Part shown: positions 36,977-45,563 of the stretch, one piece after another
How the letters are laid out: the number at the start of each line of letters is the position of its first letter
Numbering within the stretch: position 1 is the first letter of the stretch
Assembly (NCBI GenBank): GCA_964625505.1
Contig: CAZVBW010000001.1
Location: 8,542 to 72,541, forward strand
Source: an uncultured Phycisphaeraceae bacterium
GTDB taxonomy: Bacteria; Planctomycetota; Phycisphaerae; Phycisphaerales; Phycisphaeraceae
DNA length: 64,000 nucleotides
Direction of reading: 5' to 3'
Position numbers and translations under genes: made by a program
Notes under the pieces: generated by a model
Seen by the model: the letters and a program-made list of their open reading frames with translations, nothing else
What the model was told of the DNA's origin: nothing
The model's database searches: none

Positions 36977-37933
36977 TCAGATATCCACCGCCATGATCTT
37001 GCGGATCCAGAAAAACGCCAACACGATCAGGATCGCCACGCCGATGAGCATCAGCTGACCGAACCGCTCGGTGAACAGCATCGAGACGCCTTCGGGGTCG
37101 ATGACCCAGAAGATGCCAAGGAACACCACGGGCATCACCGCCATCATCCAGGCTTGGGTCCGGCCCTGGCTGGTCAGGGCGTCGAGCTTGCCCTCGAGCC
37201 GTTCGATCTCGCGGATCGACTCGCTGATGCGGTCCATCGACTCGCCGGTGTCGCCGCCGCGGAGCCGGTGCATCTCGATCGCGGTGAACGTCAGACGGTA
37301 CAGCGGCGAGCCGATGCGGTTGGCCGCCGACCGCATCGCGTCGTGCAGGTCGCGTCCCATGTGGTACTCGCGCATGATCTGGCCGAACTCCTGGGCGATG
37401 GGCCCGGTGTGGTTGTCGGCGACCAGTTGGATGGCCTGCACCAGGTTCAGCCCGGCCCGGACGCCCGAGGCGATGCTCGTCAGCCCGCCGACCAGCTGCC
37501 GCTCCAGCCGCAGCCGACGTTTCTGCTCCAGGTGCTTCATCAGCGCGTAGGGCAGGAAGAACGCCACCGCCGCGCACGCCAGGCCCCAGGTGACCGTCCC
37601 CACCACCAGCCACCCGAAGACGAACATGAGCCCCACCACACCCATCGCGAGGACAAACGCCCCCTGCGGCGGGACGTCCAGCAGCAACTGCTGACGCAGC
37701 ACGTGCTCGTACCGCTCAAGCTGCCGGCGGTACCAGCCCAGCCCCGGGCCGATGCCGTAGCGAACGAACAGGAACACCGCCAGACCCGCCGCGACGGAAA
37801 ACAGCACCGGGATGGCAAGCTCGGACGGCTGAGGCACGGGCACCAGTTTAAGCGAGCCGGACTCGGTGAGGCCGGTCGGGGTCGCCGACGCAGGCTCGGT
37901 TTGGGTGATCGCCCGATAACATGGCCATGACAA
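36977..37933 (-). CDS. tadB: Type II secretion system F family protein (Tad pilus TadB-like)
   Basis: This is a T2SSF domain (RQLVGGLTSIASGVRAGLNLVQAIQLVADN...GDTGESMDRISESIREIERLEGKLDALTSQGRTQAWMMAVMPV). The true start may be an internal GTG near 37843, because 37933 overlaps the divergent gene's start. Confidence 0.78.
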   Translation of the reverse strand: MSWPCYRAITQTEPASATPTGLTESGSLKLVPVPQPSELAIPVLFSVAAGLAVFLFVRYGIGPGLGWYRRQLERYEHVLRQQLLLDVPPQGAFVLAMGVVGLMFVFGWLVVGTVTWGLACAAVAFFLPYALMKHLEQKRRLRLERQLVGGLTSIASGVRAGLNLVQAIQLVADNHTGPIAQEFGQIMREYHMGRDLHDAMRSAANRIGSPLYRLTFTAIEMHRLRGGDTGESMDRISESIREIERLEGKLDALTSQGRTQAWMMAVMPVVFLGIFWVIDPEGVSMLFTERFGQLMLIGVAILIVLAFFWIRKIMAVDI

Positions 37934-40900
37934 AGGAGCTGGTCATGCTCGGATTCATGCAGCGGGTCATGTGGGGGGTGCTGGTTCTGGCGGCGGCGGT
38001 GGCCCCCGGACCGGCGATGGCCCAGGGGGTGCACACCATCACCGGGGTGGACCTGCTGGTCGAGGAGGGGACGCTGTGGACCGGGCGGACGGCCATGGTG
38101 CCGTTCCGGCTGGCCGAGCCGGCGGTCGAGGACATCCAGGTGCAGTCATGGGTGCTGGGTGAGGGGGCGTGGGTGACCCGGCCCGGGGAGGTGCTCGAGG
38201 GTCAACAGGTGGGGCACGTGCGCGTCTGGGCCCAACCGGGTGCCGAGCAGACGACGGTGCTGCTGCGTGTGGGCGATGCCCAGCAGGACCTGCGGCTGGC
38301 GGCGTCGCCTGCCGAGGCGTTGACGGCGGAGGGTCCGCGGGTGATCTCGCCGATCAACGACGCGGTGGTCTGGGGCCGGCTCGGCGTCGGCGTCGAACTG
38401 CCGCCGCGAGCGACCGACGACGGCTGGGCGGCGGACGGGCGGGAGGTCCGGCTGCGGCTGCCCGACGGCACGCTGCTGGAGGCGGACGAGGCGACGCAGC
38501 CGGCGGAAAACCCGCTGCGGCGCTTCGCGTTCACCGTGGACGCCGATGCGCTGGCCCAGGGGTTGCAGACGCTGGTGCCGGTGGTGGTGGGCGATGACGG
38601 GCAACCGGTGCCAGATGCTGGCGTCGACCCGGCCGGGGCGGTGCGGGTCCGGGTGATGCGGCCGGGGGTCGGGCAGCTGCGGGTCGAGGAGGCCGAGGCG
38701 AGGCGGCATCCCCGGCGGCCGGATCGGTACCGCGATCAGCCGCTGCGGGTCGGGCAGGACCCCGACGCGTCGGGCGGGGTCTACGTCAACAACGCCGGCG
38801 ACCAGCCCACGGTCGCCCTGCCGATCAAGCCCGACCGCGGCGGTTGGTATCAACTGATCGTCCGGGCCAGCGGCGACCCGGCGGCGGGCGTGATGCCGCA
38901 TGTCGGGGCGTATTTCGACAACAGCAACGACCCGCGGACCGGCGCGGCGGTGACGCACACCGACGGCTGGGCCCGCATTGCGGTGGGTCGGCCGTTCCAC
39001 TTGAGCGACGAAAAGCACATTGTGCTGCCGCGGTTCGCCAACGACTTCAACGCCGGCCGCGGCGTGGACCGCAACCTCCGGCTGGACACCGTTGAGCTAC
39101 TGCGGCTGCCCGGGTCCCCCGCGAGTTGGCCCGGCGACACTGCCGACCAGGACGACGCGCTAGCCGCCCCGGCCGACGACACGCTCTGGGTCGCCATCGA
39201 CCCGTCGCTGCACCGCGCGACCGCCGCCGGCGACTTGCCGGTCCAGGTCCGAACCCGCGTCACCCACCGCGGCGGCCAGCAGCCCCGCATCACGCTGCAC
39301 ATCAACGGGCAGCCCGCCCTCACCGGCGGCGGCGACCACATCCGCTTCGACGTCTCCCGCGGCCACCTGCAGCCCGGCGAGAACACCCTGGTCGCCCACG
39401 CCCAGCTGGCCGACGGCCGCACCGCCCGCAGCCAGCCGATCACCCTCCGCCTCGCCGACCACCCCGCCCGCCCCGAGCCGGTCACCATCCGCCGCTTCAA
39501 CGCCACCGACCCCCGCGTCACCGGCGTGCCCCGACGAAACGACCGGCCTAACGGCAACCGGCCCACCCTCGCCTTCAGCGCCAACGGCTCGGCCGACATG
39601 CCGCTGCCCGACGACGCCACCGGCCCGCACCGCCTGCTCATCAGCGCCCGCGGCGACGCCCACGAGGGCTGGCCCATCGCCCGGCTGGTCCTCCACCACG
39701 ACGGCCAGGAACAGCCACTCGGCGAGATCGAGGTCAACTCCGGCGGCTACCGCAACTTCTACCTCGACGGCCGGGTCGACCTGCCCGCGGGCCCCAAACG
39801 CCTCAGTGTGCGGTTCATCAACGACCTCTACGACGGCAATGATCGCGACCGCAACCTCTACGTCCGCACCATCCGCCTGGACCCCGTCCGCTCGGGCGAG
39901 GACCAGGAGCCGGTGGCCCGCATCCTCTATCCCTCGCCGCGCCAGTCGGTCTTCGGTGCCGACGCGGTCGTGTTCGAGGTCGCCGACGACCGCCAGGTCC
40001 GCGCCGCCGAGCTGGTCATCGACGGCGAACCGACCGGCCAGATCGTCGAGATCGACAACGGCATGGCCCGCCACGTGCTGCCGCTGCCGCTCCGCGTGCT
40101 CGACGCCGGCCGACACCGTCTCGCGGTCCGCGTGGTCGACTCGGCCCAGCAGACCGCTACCAGCGACCGCGTCGAGGTCCGCATCAGCCACGAGCCGCCG
40201 CCCCAGCCAGGCCCATACGCACGGGCGCTGCGGGTCCTGGACCGCTTCGGCTGGGGGCCCGAGCCGCGGGCGCTGGCGGACATCCTCGTCGAGGGGCCCG
40301 GCGACTACTTGCGCGACCGCCTGCTGGCCCCGCCCGACGAGCCGGGGTCCGTCAACGCCATGACCTGGGCCCGCATCCGCTACCCCGCGGACAACAACCA
40401 GGGCCACGTCGTCCGCCGGGCGCTGACCTACCAGCTCACCGAGCCCAACCCGCTGCGGGCCCGCTTCGTGCTGTTTGCCGACAACCACTTCAACACCTGG
40501 ATGCGCAAAGTCCGCCCCGAGAACAAGGCCCCCGAGCACAGCCGCTTCACCGCCCTGGGCATCGCTCCCATGGAGGACCTGCTCTGGGCCTCGGCGACCA
40601 GCCCCGCGATGCTCGTCTACCTCGATCAGCAGCGCAGCTTCGGCAACCGCATCAACGAGAACTACGCCCGCGAGATCATGGAACTGCACTCGCTGGGCGT
40701 CCACGGCGGGTACACACAGGACGATGTCACCCAGCTGGCCCACCTGCTCACCGGCTGGACCACCGCGCAGACCGCCCCACCCAGCAGCGGCAACGGCTTC
40801 CGCCCGCACCGTTTCGCCTATGAGCCGGTCGTCGCCGAGCCCGACGCCCAGCGCGTCTACACCCTCGCCCTGCCCGCAGCGACGGACCCGGCCGACCGGT

Positions 40901-41568
40901 TCGACCGTGTCCGTCTCGTCGTCGAGACGCTCGCCCGGCACCCGGCGACCGCCCGGTTCATGGCGACCAAGCTCGCCGAGCATTACGTGGCTCACCCGGC
41001 CGACGAAGAGCTCGTCGACGACATCGCCCAGGTGCTGCTCGCCAGCGGCGGGGACTTCCGCCAGGCGCTGCTCGCCCTGGCCGACCACCCGACCGTCGCC
41101 GACCCCCGCCTCGAGGAGCGGCTGGCCCACCCGATGCAGTTTGGCCTGCGGCTCTCGCGGACCCTGGGCGTGGACAACCCCGGCTATGTCGCCGACTATC
41201 TGGGCGCGGCGGGCTTTGGCCTGTTCGACCGCGACACCCCCGACGGCTACCCCGAGGAAGACCACGCCTACGCCGACTCCAACGCCATGCTCCAACGCTG
41301 GCGCCTGGCCGGCCGGATGCAGGGCCCGATGGTCCAGGCCTTCCCGGGGTTGCCCGAGTTGCCCGAGGACACCCCCGCCCCGGTCGTTCGGCGGTATTAC
41401 CAGCAGATGGTGGACCTCATGGCTGTCCGCCTCACCGGCAGGCTGCTCTCGGGCCGGTCTAACGAGGCGGCGCTGCAGGTGATGCTCACCTCCAACGCCG
41501 ACCGCGAGGCGCGACTCGTGCTGCTGGGCAGCCTGATTACGCAGCTGCCCGAGGCCTCGCTGCGGTGA
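37921..41568 (+). CDS. Giant DUF1800 family protein with an N-terminal extension of about 750 aa carrying CBM-like modules
   Basis: The signal peptide is ...MQRVMWGVLVLAAAVAPGPAMAQG. The C-terminal DUF1800 hallmarks are NHFNTWMRKV and REIMELHSLGVHGGYTQDDVTQLAHLLTGWT. Upstream, two modules end in FANDFNAGRGVDRNLRLDTVELL and FINDLYDGNDRDRNLYVRTIRL. Confidence 0.8.
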   Translation: MAMTKELVMLGFMQRVMWGVLVLAAAVAPGPAMAQGVHTITGVDLLVEEGTLWTGRTAMVPFRLAEPAVEDIQVQSWVLGEGAWVTRPGEVLEGQQVGHVRVWAQPGAEQTTVLLRVGDAQQDLRLAASPAEALTAEGPRVISPINDAVVWGRLGVGVELPPRATDDGWAADGREVRLRLPDGTLLEADEATQPAENPLRRFAFTVDADALAQGLQTLVPVVVGDDGQPVPDAGVDPAGAVRVRVMRPGVGQLRVEEAEARRHPRRPDRYRDQPLRVGQDPDASGGVYVNNAGDQPTVALPIKPDRGGWYQLIVRASGDPAAGVMPHVGAYFDNSNDPRTGAAVTHTDGWARIAVGRPFHLSDEKHIVLPRFANDFNAGRGVDRNLRLDTVELLRLPGSPASWPGDTADQDDALAAPADDTLWVAIDPSLHRATAAGDLPVQVRTRVTHRGGQQPRITLHINGQPALTGGGDHIRFDVSRGHLQPGENTLVAHAQLADGRTARSQPITLRLADHPARPEPVTIRRFNATDPRVTGVPRRNDRPNGNRPTLAFSANGSADMPLPDDATGPHRLLISARGDAHEGWPIARLVLHHDGQEQPLGEIEVNSGGYRNFYLDGRVDLPAGPKRLSVRFINDLYDGNDRDRNLYVRTIRLDPVRSGEDQEPVARILYPSPRQSVFGADAVVFEVADDRQVRAAELVIDGEPTGQIVEIDNGMARHVLPLPLRVLDAGRHRLAVRVVDSAQQTATSDRVEVRISHEPPPQPGPYARALRVLDRFGWGPEPRALADILVEGPGDYLRDRLLAPPDEPGSVNAMTWARIRYPADNNQGHVVRRALTYQLTEPNPLRARFVLFADNHFNTWMRKVRPENKAPEHSRFTALGIAPMEDLLWASATSPAMLVYLDQQRSFGNRINENYAREIMELHSLGVHGGYTQDDVTQLAHLLTGWTTAQTAPPSSGNGFRPHRFAYEPVVAEPDAQRVYTLALPAATDPADRFDRVRLVVETLARHPATARFMATKLAEHYVAHPADEELVDDIAQVLLASGGDFRQALLALADHPTVADPRLEERLAHPMQFGLRLSRTLGVDNPGYVADYLGAAGFGLFDRDTPDGYPEEDHAYADSNAMLQRWRLAGRMQGPMVQAFPGLPELPEDTPAPVVRRYYQQMVDLMAVRLTGRLLSGRSNEAALQVMLTSNADREARLVLLGSLITQLPEASLR

Positions 41569-41712
41569 GGCCGGGTCGCGGGTCGCTGGACCGAAATCGC
41601 ATCCCCCGCGACCCGCAACCCGCAACCCGACTTCCCTCTTGGCATCTGCCCCTCACTGACCGATAATCCCCAGAGCCCACCCGTCCCCCACCGCATCCGC
41701 CGGAGCCGACCC

Positions 41713-43035
41713 ATGCACATGACCCGCCGATTTTTCCTCAAGACCTCCGGCGCGATGGCGGTCTACTGCGGCGTGGCCCCGATGCAGTCGCTGGGCGGCG
41801 CGGCCCACGCCGTGCAGAACGCCGCCGGCACCACCACCACCGCCGGCAAGACCCTCGTGGTCATCTTCCTCCGCGGCGGCATCGACGGGCTGTCGCTCAT
41901 CGTGCCCCACGGTGACCCGGCCTACAACGACCTCCGCCGAAGCCTCCGCATCCCCCGCCCGGGACAGGAAGACGGGGCGCTGGACCTGGACGGGTACTTC
42001 AGCCTCAACCCCCGGGCCTCGGCCCTGATGCCCCTGTTCGACCAGCGGCTGGCCGTCGCCGCCCAGGCCGTGGGTTACGAGCACAACACCCGCTCGCACT
42101 TCGAGGAGCAGGACCGCTGGGAGACCGGCGTGATCGGCAACACGATCGGCGCCGACGGCTGGCTCAACCGCCACCTGCTCACCAGCCAGGGCCACGGCCC
42201 GGTCCGCGCCATCTCGCTGGGTTCGACCCTGCCCCGCATCCTCCGCGGCGACGCCGCCGCCTACGCGGTCCGCGGCCTGGACGACCTGGGCCTGCCGCTG
42301 CCCGACGCCGGCGGGGCCGACGTCGCCGCCGCCCTCGAACACGCCTACGCCGACGACGCCCGCGGCCAGCGCTCCCACGCCCGCGAGCTGGTCCACCAGG
42401 CCGGCCGCAGCACCCTCGAAGGCATCCGCGTCATCCAGCAGGTCGCCGCCGAGGACTACACCCCCGCCGCCCAGTACCCCGACAGCGGCCTGGGCCGGCA
42501 GCTCCGCACCGCCGCCCGGCTCATCAAAGCCAACATCGGCCTGGAAGTGCTCGAAGTCGACTACGGCGGCTGGGACACGCACAACAACCAGGGCTCTGGC
42601 GTCCAAGGCAACTACAACAACAAGGTCCAGCAGCTCGCCGACGCCCTGGCCGCCTTCGCCGCCGACCTGGGCGAACGGCTGGACGACACGCTCGTGCTGA
42701 CGCTCTCGGACTTCGGCCGAACCGCCCGCGAGAACGGCACCCGCGGCACCGATCACGGCTGGGCCAACGCCATGATGGCCATCGGCGGCCCCGTCGCCGC
42801 CGCGCCCAACGGCACGAACAACGCCCGGCCGCAGACCAACCTCAACCAGCGACGACCGGTCCTCACCGACTGGCCGGGCCTGGGCGCCGACCAGCTGTGG
42901 CAGAACCGCGACCTGCGCCACACCATCGACTTCCGCGACGTCCTCGCCGAAGTCGTCGGCAGCCACCTGGGCAACAACAACCTCTCCCGCGTCCTGCCCG
43001 ACCGCGAGTTCCGCCCCGTCGGCCTGATCGCGTAA
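41713..43035 (+). CDS. DUF1501 family protein (Tat-signal, sulfatase-fold-like)
   Basis: MHMTRRFFLKTSGAMAVYCG is a Tat motif. LVVIFLRGGIDGLS, GGWDTHNNQ and SDFGRTARENGTRGTDHGW are typical DUF1501 motifs. It is the canonical partner of DUF1800. Confidence 0.88.
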   Translation: MHMTRRFFLKTSGAMAVYCGVAPMQSLGGAAHAVQNAAGTTTTAGKTLVVIFLRGGIDGLSLIVPHGDPAYNDLRRSLRIPRPGQEDGALDLDGYFSLNPRASALMPLFDQRLAVAAQAVGYEHNTRSHFEEQDRWETGVIGNTIGADGWLNRHLLTSQGHGPVRAISLGSTLPRILRGDAAAYAVRGLDDLGLPLPDAGGADVAAALEHAYADDARGQRSHARELVHQAGRSTLEGIRVIQQVAAEDYTPAAQYPDSGLGRQLRTAARLIKANIGLEVLEVDYGGWDTHNNQGSGVQGNYNNKVQQLADALAAFAADLGERLDDTLVLTLSDFGRTARENGTRGTDHGWANAMMAIGGPVAAAPNGTNNARPQTNLNQRRPVLTDWPGLGADQLWQNRDLRHTIDFRDVLAEVVGSHLGNNNLSRVLPDREFRPVGLIA

Positions 43036-43065
43036 GCACCAAGCAAACCCCTCGCCGCAGCGGCA

Positions 43066-43169
43066 ATAGCCGGGCCGCTACGCGGCCCTGGCGCACCTCG
43101 CAATCAGCGACTGCATCAGGTACCACGCGCGCCGCAAGTCCTGCCAGGGCCGCGTAGCGGCCCGGCTAT
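43066..43169. repeat. 26-bp perfect inverted repeat with a 52-nt spacer (MITE-like or structured element)
   Basis: ATAGCCGGGCCGCTACGCGGCCCTGG at 43066-43091 is the exact reverse complement of 43144-43169. The element lies between the convergent DUF1501 and fliN-like genes. Confidence 0.8.
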
Positions 43170-43220
43170 CGAGTGCGTGCCGATGAACCTCGGGTCGTAA
43201 AGCCGACCCACCCCGGATCG

Positions 43221-43505
43221 CTATTGCCCGTCCTCTTCCCCGCCCAGCGCCGCCTGCAGCCGGTCCTCCGAACTCAGCACCCGGCTCACCCGCAGCCCGA
43301 AGTTCTCCCCCAGCTTCACCGCGACACCGTCGCCGATGGCCTTATTGTTCGCCATCACCGACAGCGGGTCCGCCGCGGCCTTGTCCAGCTCGATGATCGC
43401 CCCGGGCCCCAGCGCCAGCACCTCTTCACACGCCATCCGGCGCCGCCCGATCCTCACGATCAGCGGCACGCGGAGTTGAAGGATCGTCTGCGGGTCGGGG
43501 CGCAT
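43221..43505 (-). CDS. fliN: FliN/SpoA-domain protein (flagellar motor switch / T3SS sorting-platform family)
   Basis: The 94-aa sequence LRVPLIVRIGRRRMACEEVLALGPGAIIELDKAAADPLSVMANNKAIGDGVAVKLGENFGLRVSRVL matches the SpoA/FliN pattern. Confidence 0.75.
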   Translation of the reverse strand: MRPDPQTILQLRVPLIVRIGRRRMACEEVLALGPGAIIELDKAAADPLSVMANNKAIGDGVAVKLGENFGLRVSRVLSSEDRLQAALGGEEDGQ

Positions 43506-43726
43506 TCTCTCTAGCTATCGGCTCACCCGCCCCCGCGGCTTGCGGCAGCGGCCCGAATTGGGTCCGGGGTGCCACGGCCGCGTGCGGCCGTGCCTCCGAA
43601 TGGTTCCCGCGGCCCGCACTGCCGCACGCGGCAGTGGCACCCTTGCCATACTCGCTCGCCGCCTCTGAGCGCGACCGCTGCCCGCCTACGATCGGCGTGC
43701 GAGGCTTGCGGCAAGGTTTGACCGAA

Positions 43727-44302
43727 ATGCTCCGCCGCCGGGACCCGGCGGTCCGGCGGACCTGCCGGCTGATGGAGCAGCAGTTCTGGTGCATGGGCTG
43801 TGACGCCCGGCGAAAAGCGGGCAATCTGCTGCTCGCCTACGGCTTCGAGGTGCATCCCGCACCGCAGGACGCGGCCGACTCCTGCTACACCCACGGCGAA
43901 GGCGACCGCCGGCTTTGGCTCTGGCGGTTTGGCGCGGCCTGGTCGGCCTCGGGTGTGCTGCTCTACGCCGACCGGGAAGACGCCCGGCCCCGCCTGATCC
44001 CTGCGGACATGGGCCGGACGCTGCACCACGTGCACCAACCCGAGCCGCTGCAGACCCTGACCACCTCCACCCGGCCGCGGTTGATCGCCAGTCTCGGCAC
44101 GCGGTTCGCCGCCTACGAGCGGTGGGTCCAGGAGACCGCCGGGCCGCTGTACCGGGAGCGGTGCGTCGCGAGCTGGCGTCGGCCACGGGTGGTCGACGCC
44201 TTGGCGATGGCCGACGCGTGGCGGGCCGTCGGCCATGAGCCCGCGGATGACTTGCGCTCGACAGGGGCTCCGGCCGGGGGCGTGCTGGCGACCGTAGGAT
44301 GA
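43727..44302 (+). CDS. Hypothetical protein
   Basis: The ORF has ordinary composition from the ATG at 43727 (MLRRRDPAVRRTCRLMEQQFWCMGCDARRK...). I recognise no family, and the start is uncertain (GTG at 43634 is possible). Confidence 0.4.
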   Translation: MLRRRDPAVRRTCRLMEQQFWCMGCDARRKAGNLLLAYGFEVHPAPQDAADSCYTHGEGDRRLWLWRFGAAWSASGVLLYADREDARPRLIPADMGRTLHHVHQPEPLQTLTTSTRPRLIASLGTRFAAYERWVQETAGPLYRERCVASWRRPRVVDALAMADAWRAVGHEPADDLRSTGAPAGGVLATVG

Positions 44303-44309
44303 GTTGTTG

Positions 44310-45542
44310 ATGGATGTGGTGCTTCAACTACTTGCCGCGTTGTGGGCGGTGGTGCTGGAGGCGGCGCCGTGGTTGTTGTTCGGGCTGATCATCGCGGGGC
44401 TGCTGAAGGGGTTGATGCCGCAGGCTTGGCTGGCGCGGTGGCTCGGCGGCCGGGGGGTCGGGCCGGTGGTGCGGGCGGCGGTGATTGGGGTGCCGTTACC
44501 GCTGTGTTCGTGCTCGGTGGTCCCCGCGGCGGTGGCGCTTCGGCGGACCGGGGCGAGTAAGGGGGCCACGGTGTCGTTCCTGGTCAGCACGCCGGAGAAC
44601 GGCGCGGATTCGTTGGCGTTGACGTACGCGCTGCTGGGCCCGGTGATGACGGTGGCCCGGCCGGTGGCGGCGGTGATCAGCGCGGTGGGGGCGGGGCTGG
44701 CGACGATGTGGTGGGACCGGGATGACAGCGAGCCGGGGTCTGTGACCCCGGATTCGGGATGCTGCGGAGGCGCAGCGCCGGTCGCGTCGTGCTGCGACAG
44801 CGAGCCGGTGTCTGTGACACCGGATTCGGGGTGCTGCGGCGGCGCGGACATACCAGACGCTTCTCCGCCTGCGGCGGATCAGGGTCGGCTTCCGGGGGTT
44901 CCGGGGGTTCCGGGGGCTCGGGGGCTGGCGAGGCGGTCGGTCGATGGGGTGCGGTATGCGTTGACGACGTTGCTGGACGAGATCGGGCTGTGGCTGGTGA
45001 TCGGGTTGGTGCTGGCGGCGGGGGTGGCGGTGCTGGCGCCGCCGGACGTGATCGCGCGGTGGGGCAGCGGGCCGCTGGCGATGGTGCTGATGCTGGTGGT
45101 GGGGGTGCCGATGTACATCTGTGCGACGGCGTCGACGCCGGTGGCCGCGGCGCTGCTGCTGGCGGGGGTGAGCCCGGGGACGGTGCTGGTGTTCTTGCTC
45201 GCCGGGCCTGCGACGAACCTGGGCACGGTCGGCATCGTCCGCCGGGAGCTCGGCTGGCGGGCGACGGGGTCGTACCTGGGCGCAGTGGCGATCGGCTCGA
45301 TCGGGGCGGGGCTGCTGCTGGACTGGATGATCACGGCCTGGCAGTTGCCGGTCATGGCCCACGTCGGCGAACACGGCGAGATGCTCCCGGCGTGGCTGGC
45401 GATCGGCTCGGCCGCCCTGCTGCTGACCCTCGGAGCGTGGCGCGTCGCCGTCCGGCTGGGCCAACGCTTCACCCGCGCAGACACCGACGCCCCCCAGCCC
45501 TGCTGCAGCACCGACGAATCCCCCGCGCCCGCCTCCGCCTGA
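44310..45542 (+). CDS. Permease of the DUF318/ArsP-like family (putative metal transporter) with a Cys-rich central loop
   Basis: The sequence includes LEAAPWLLFGLIIAGLLKG...VIGVPLPLCSCSVVPAAVALRRTGASKGATVSFLVSTPE. The central loop contains two SEPG/VSVTPDSGCCGG units encoded by repeat elements. Confidence 0.75.
   Translation: MDVVLQLLAALWAVVLEAAPWLLFGLIIAGLLKGLMPQAWLARWLGGRGVGPVVRAAVIGVPLPLCSCSVVPAAVALRRTGASKGATVSFLVSTPENGADSLALTYALLGPVMTVARPVAAVISAVGAGLATMWWDRDDSEPGSVTPDSGCCGGAAPVASCCDSEPVSVTPDSGCCGGADIPDASPPAADQGRLPGVPGVPGARGLARRSVDGVRYALTTLLDEIGLWLVIGLVLAAGVAVLAPPDVIARWGSGPLAMVLMLVVGVPMYICATASTPVAAALLLAGVSPGTVLVFLLAGPATNLGTVGIVRRELGWRATGSYLGAVAIGSIGAGLLLDWMITAWQLPVMAHVGEHGEMLPAWLAIGSAALLLTLGAWRVAVRLGQRFTRADTDAPQPCCSTDESPAPASA
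44727..44893. repeat. Two family-A elements (44727-44758, 44799-44830) and one family-B element (44850-44893) inside the permease loop
   Basis: Family A is AGCGAGCCGG(G/T)GTCTGTGAC(C/A)CCGGATTCGGG. Family B is ATACCAGACGCTTCTCCGCCTGCGGCGGATCAGGGTCGGCTTCC. Other copies are at 52686, 55260, 60433 and 62803. Confidence 0.8.
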
Positions 45543-45563
45543 CCCCCCTTCCGCCTCCGCGCT

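Noticed and set aside
41573-41621. Imperfect 14-bp inverted repeat and an ACCCGCA tandem between the DUF1800 and DUF1501 genes as a regulatory element
   Set aside because: The repeat has one mismatch and no T-run, and it is short for this GC content, so it could be chance. I left it unannotated.
39160-41625. 821-aa minus-strand ORF
   Set aside because: It is antisense to the DUF1800 gene, which shows family hallmarks. Its translation is G/V/A/D-rich low complexity.
41653-42966. 437-aa minus-strand ORF
   Set aside because: It is antisense to the DUF1501 gene, which has a Tat signal and conserved motifs.
44727-44830. Possibility that the repeated palindromes (44727/44799, 51370/51518 and others) form a CRISPR array
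   Set aside because: Each locus has only two copies and they lie inside conserved ORFs. Spacing is not regular beyond one interval, and no cas genes are in the window.
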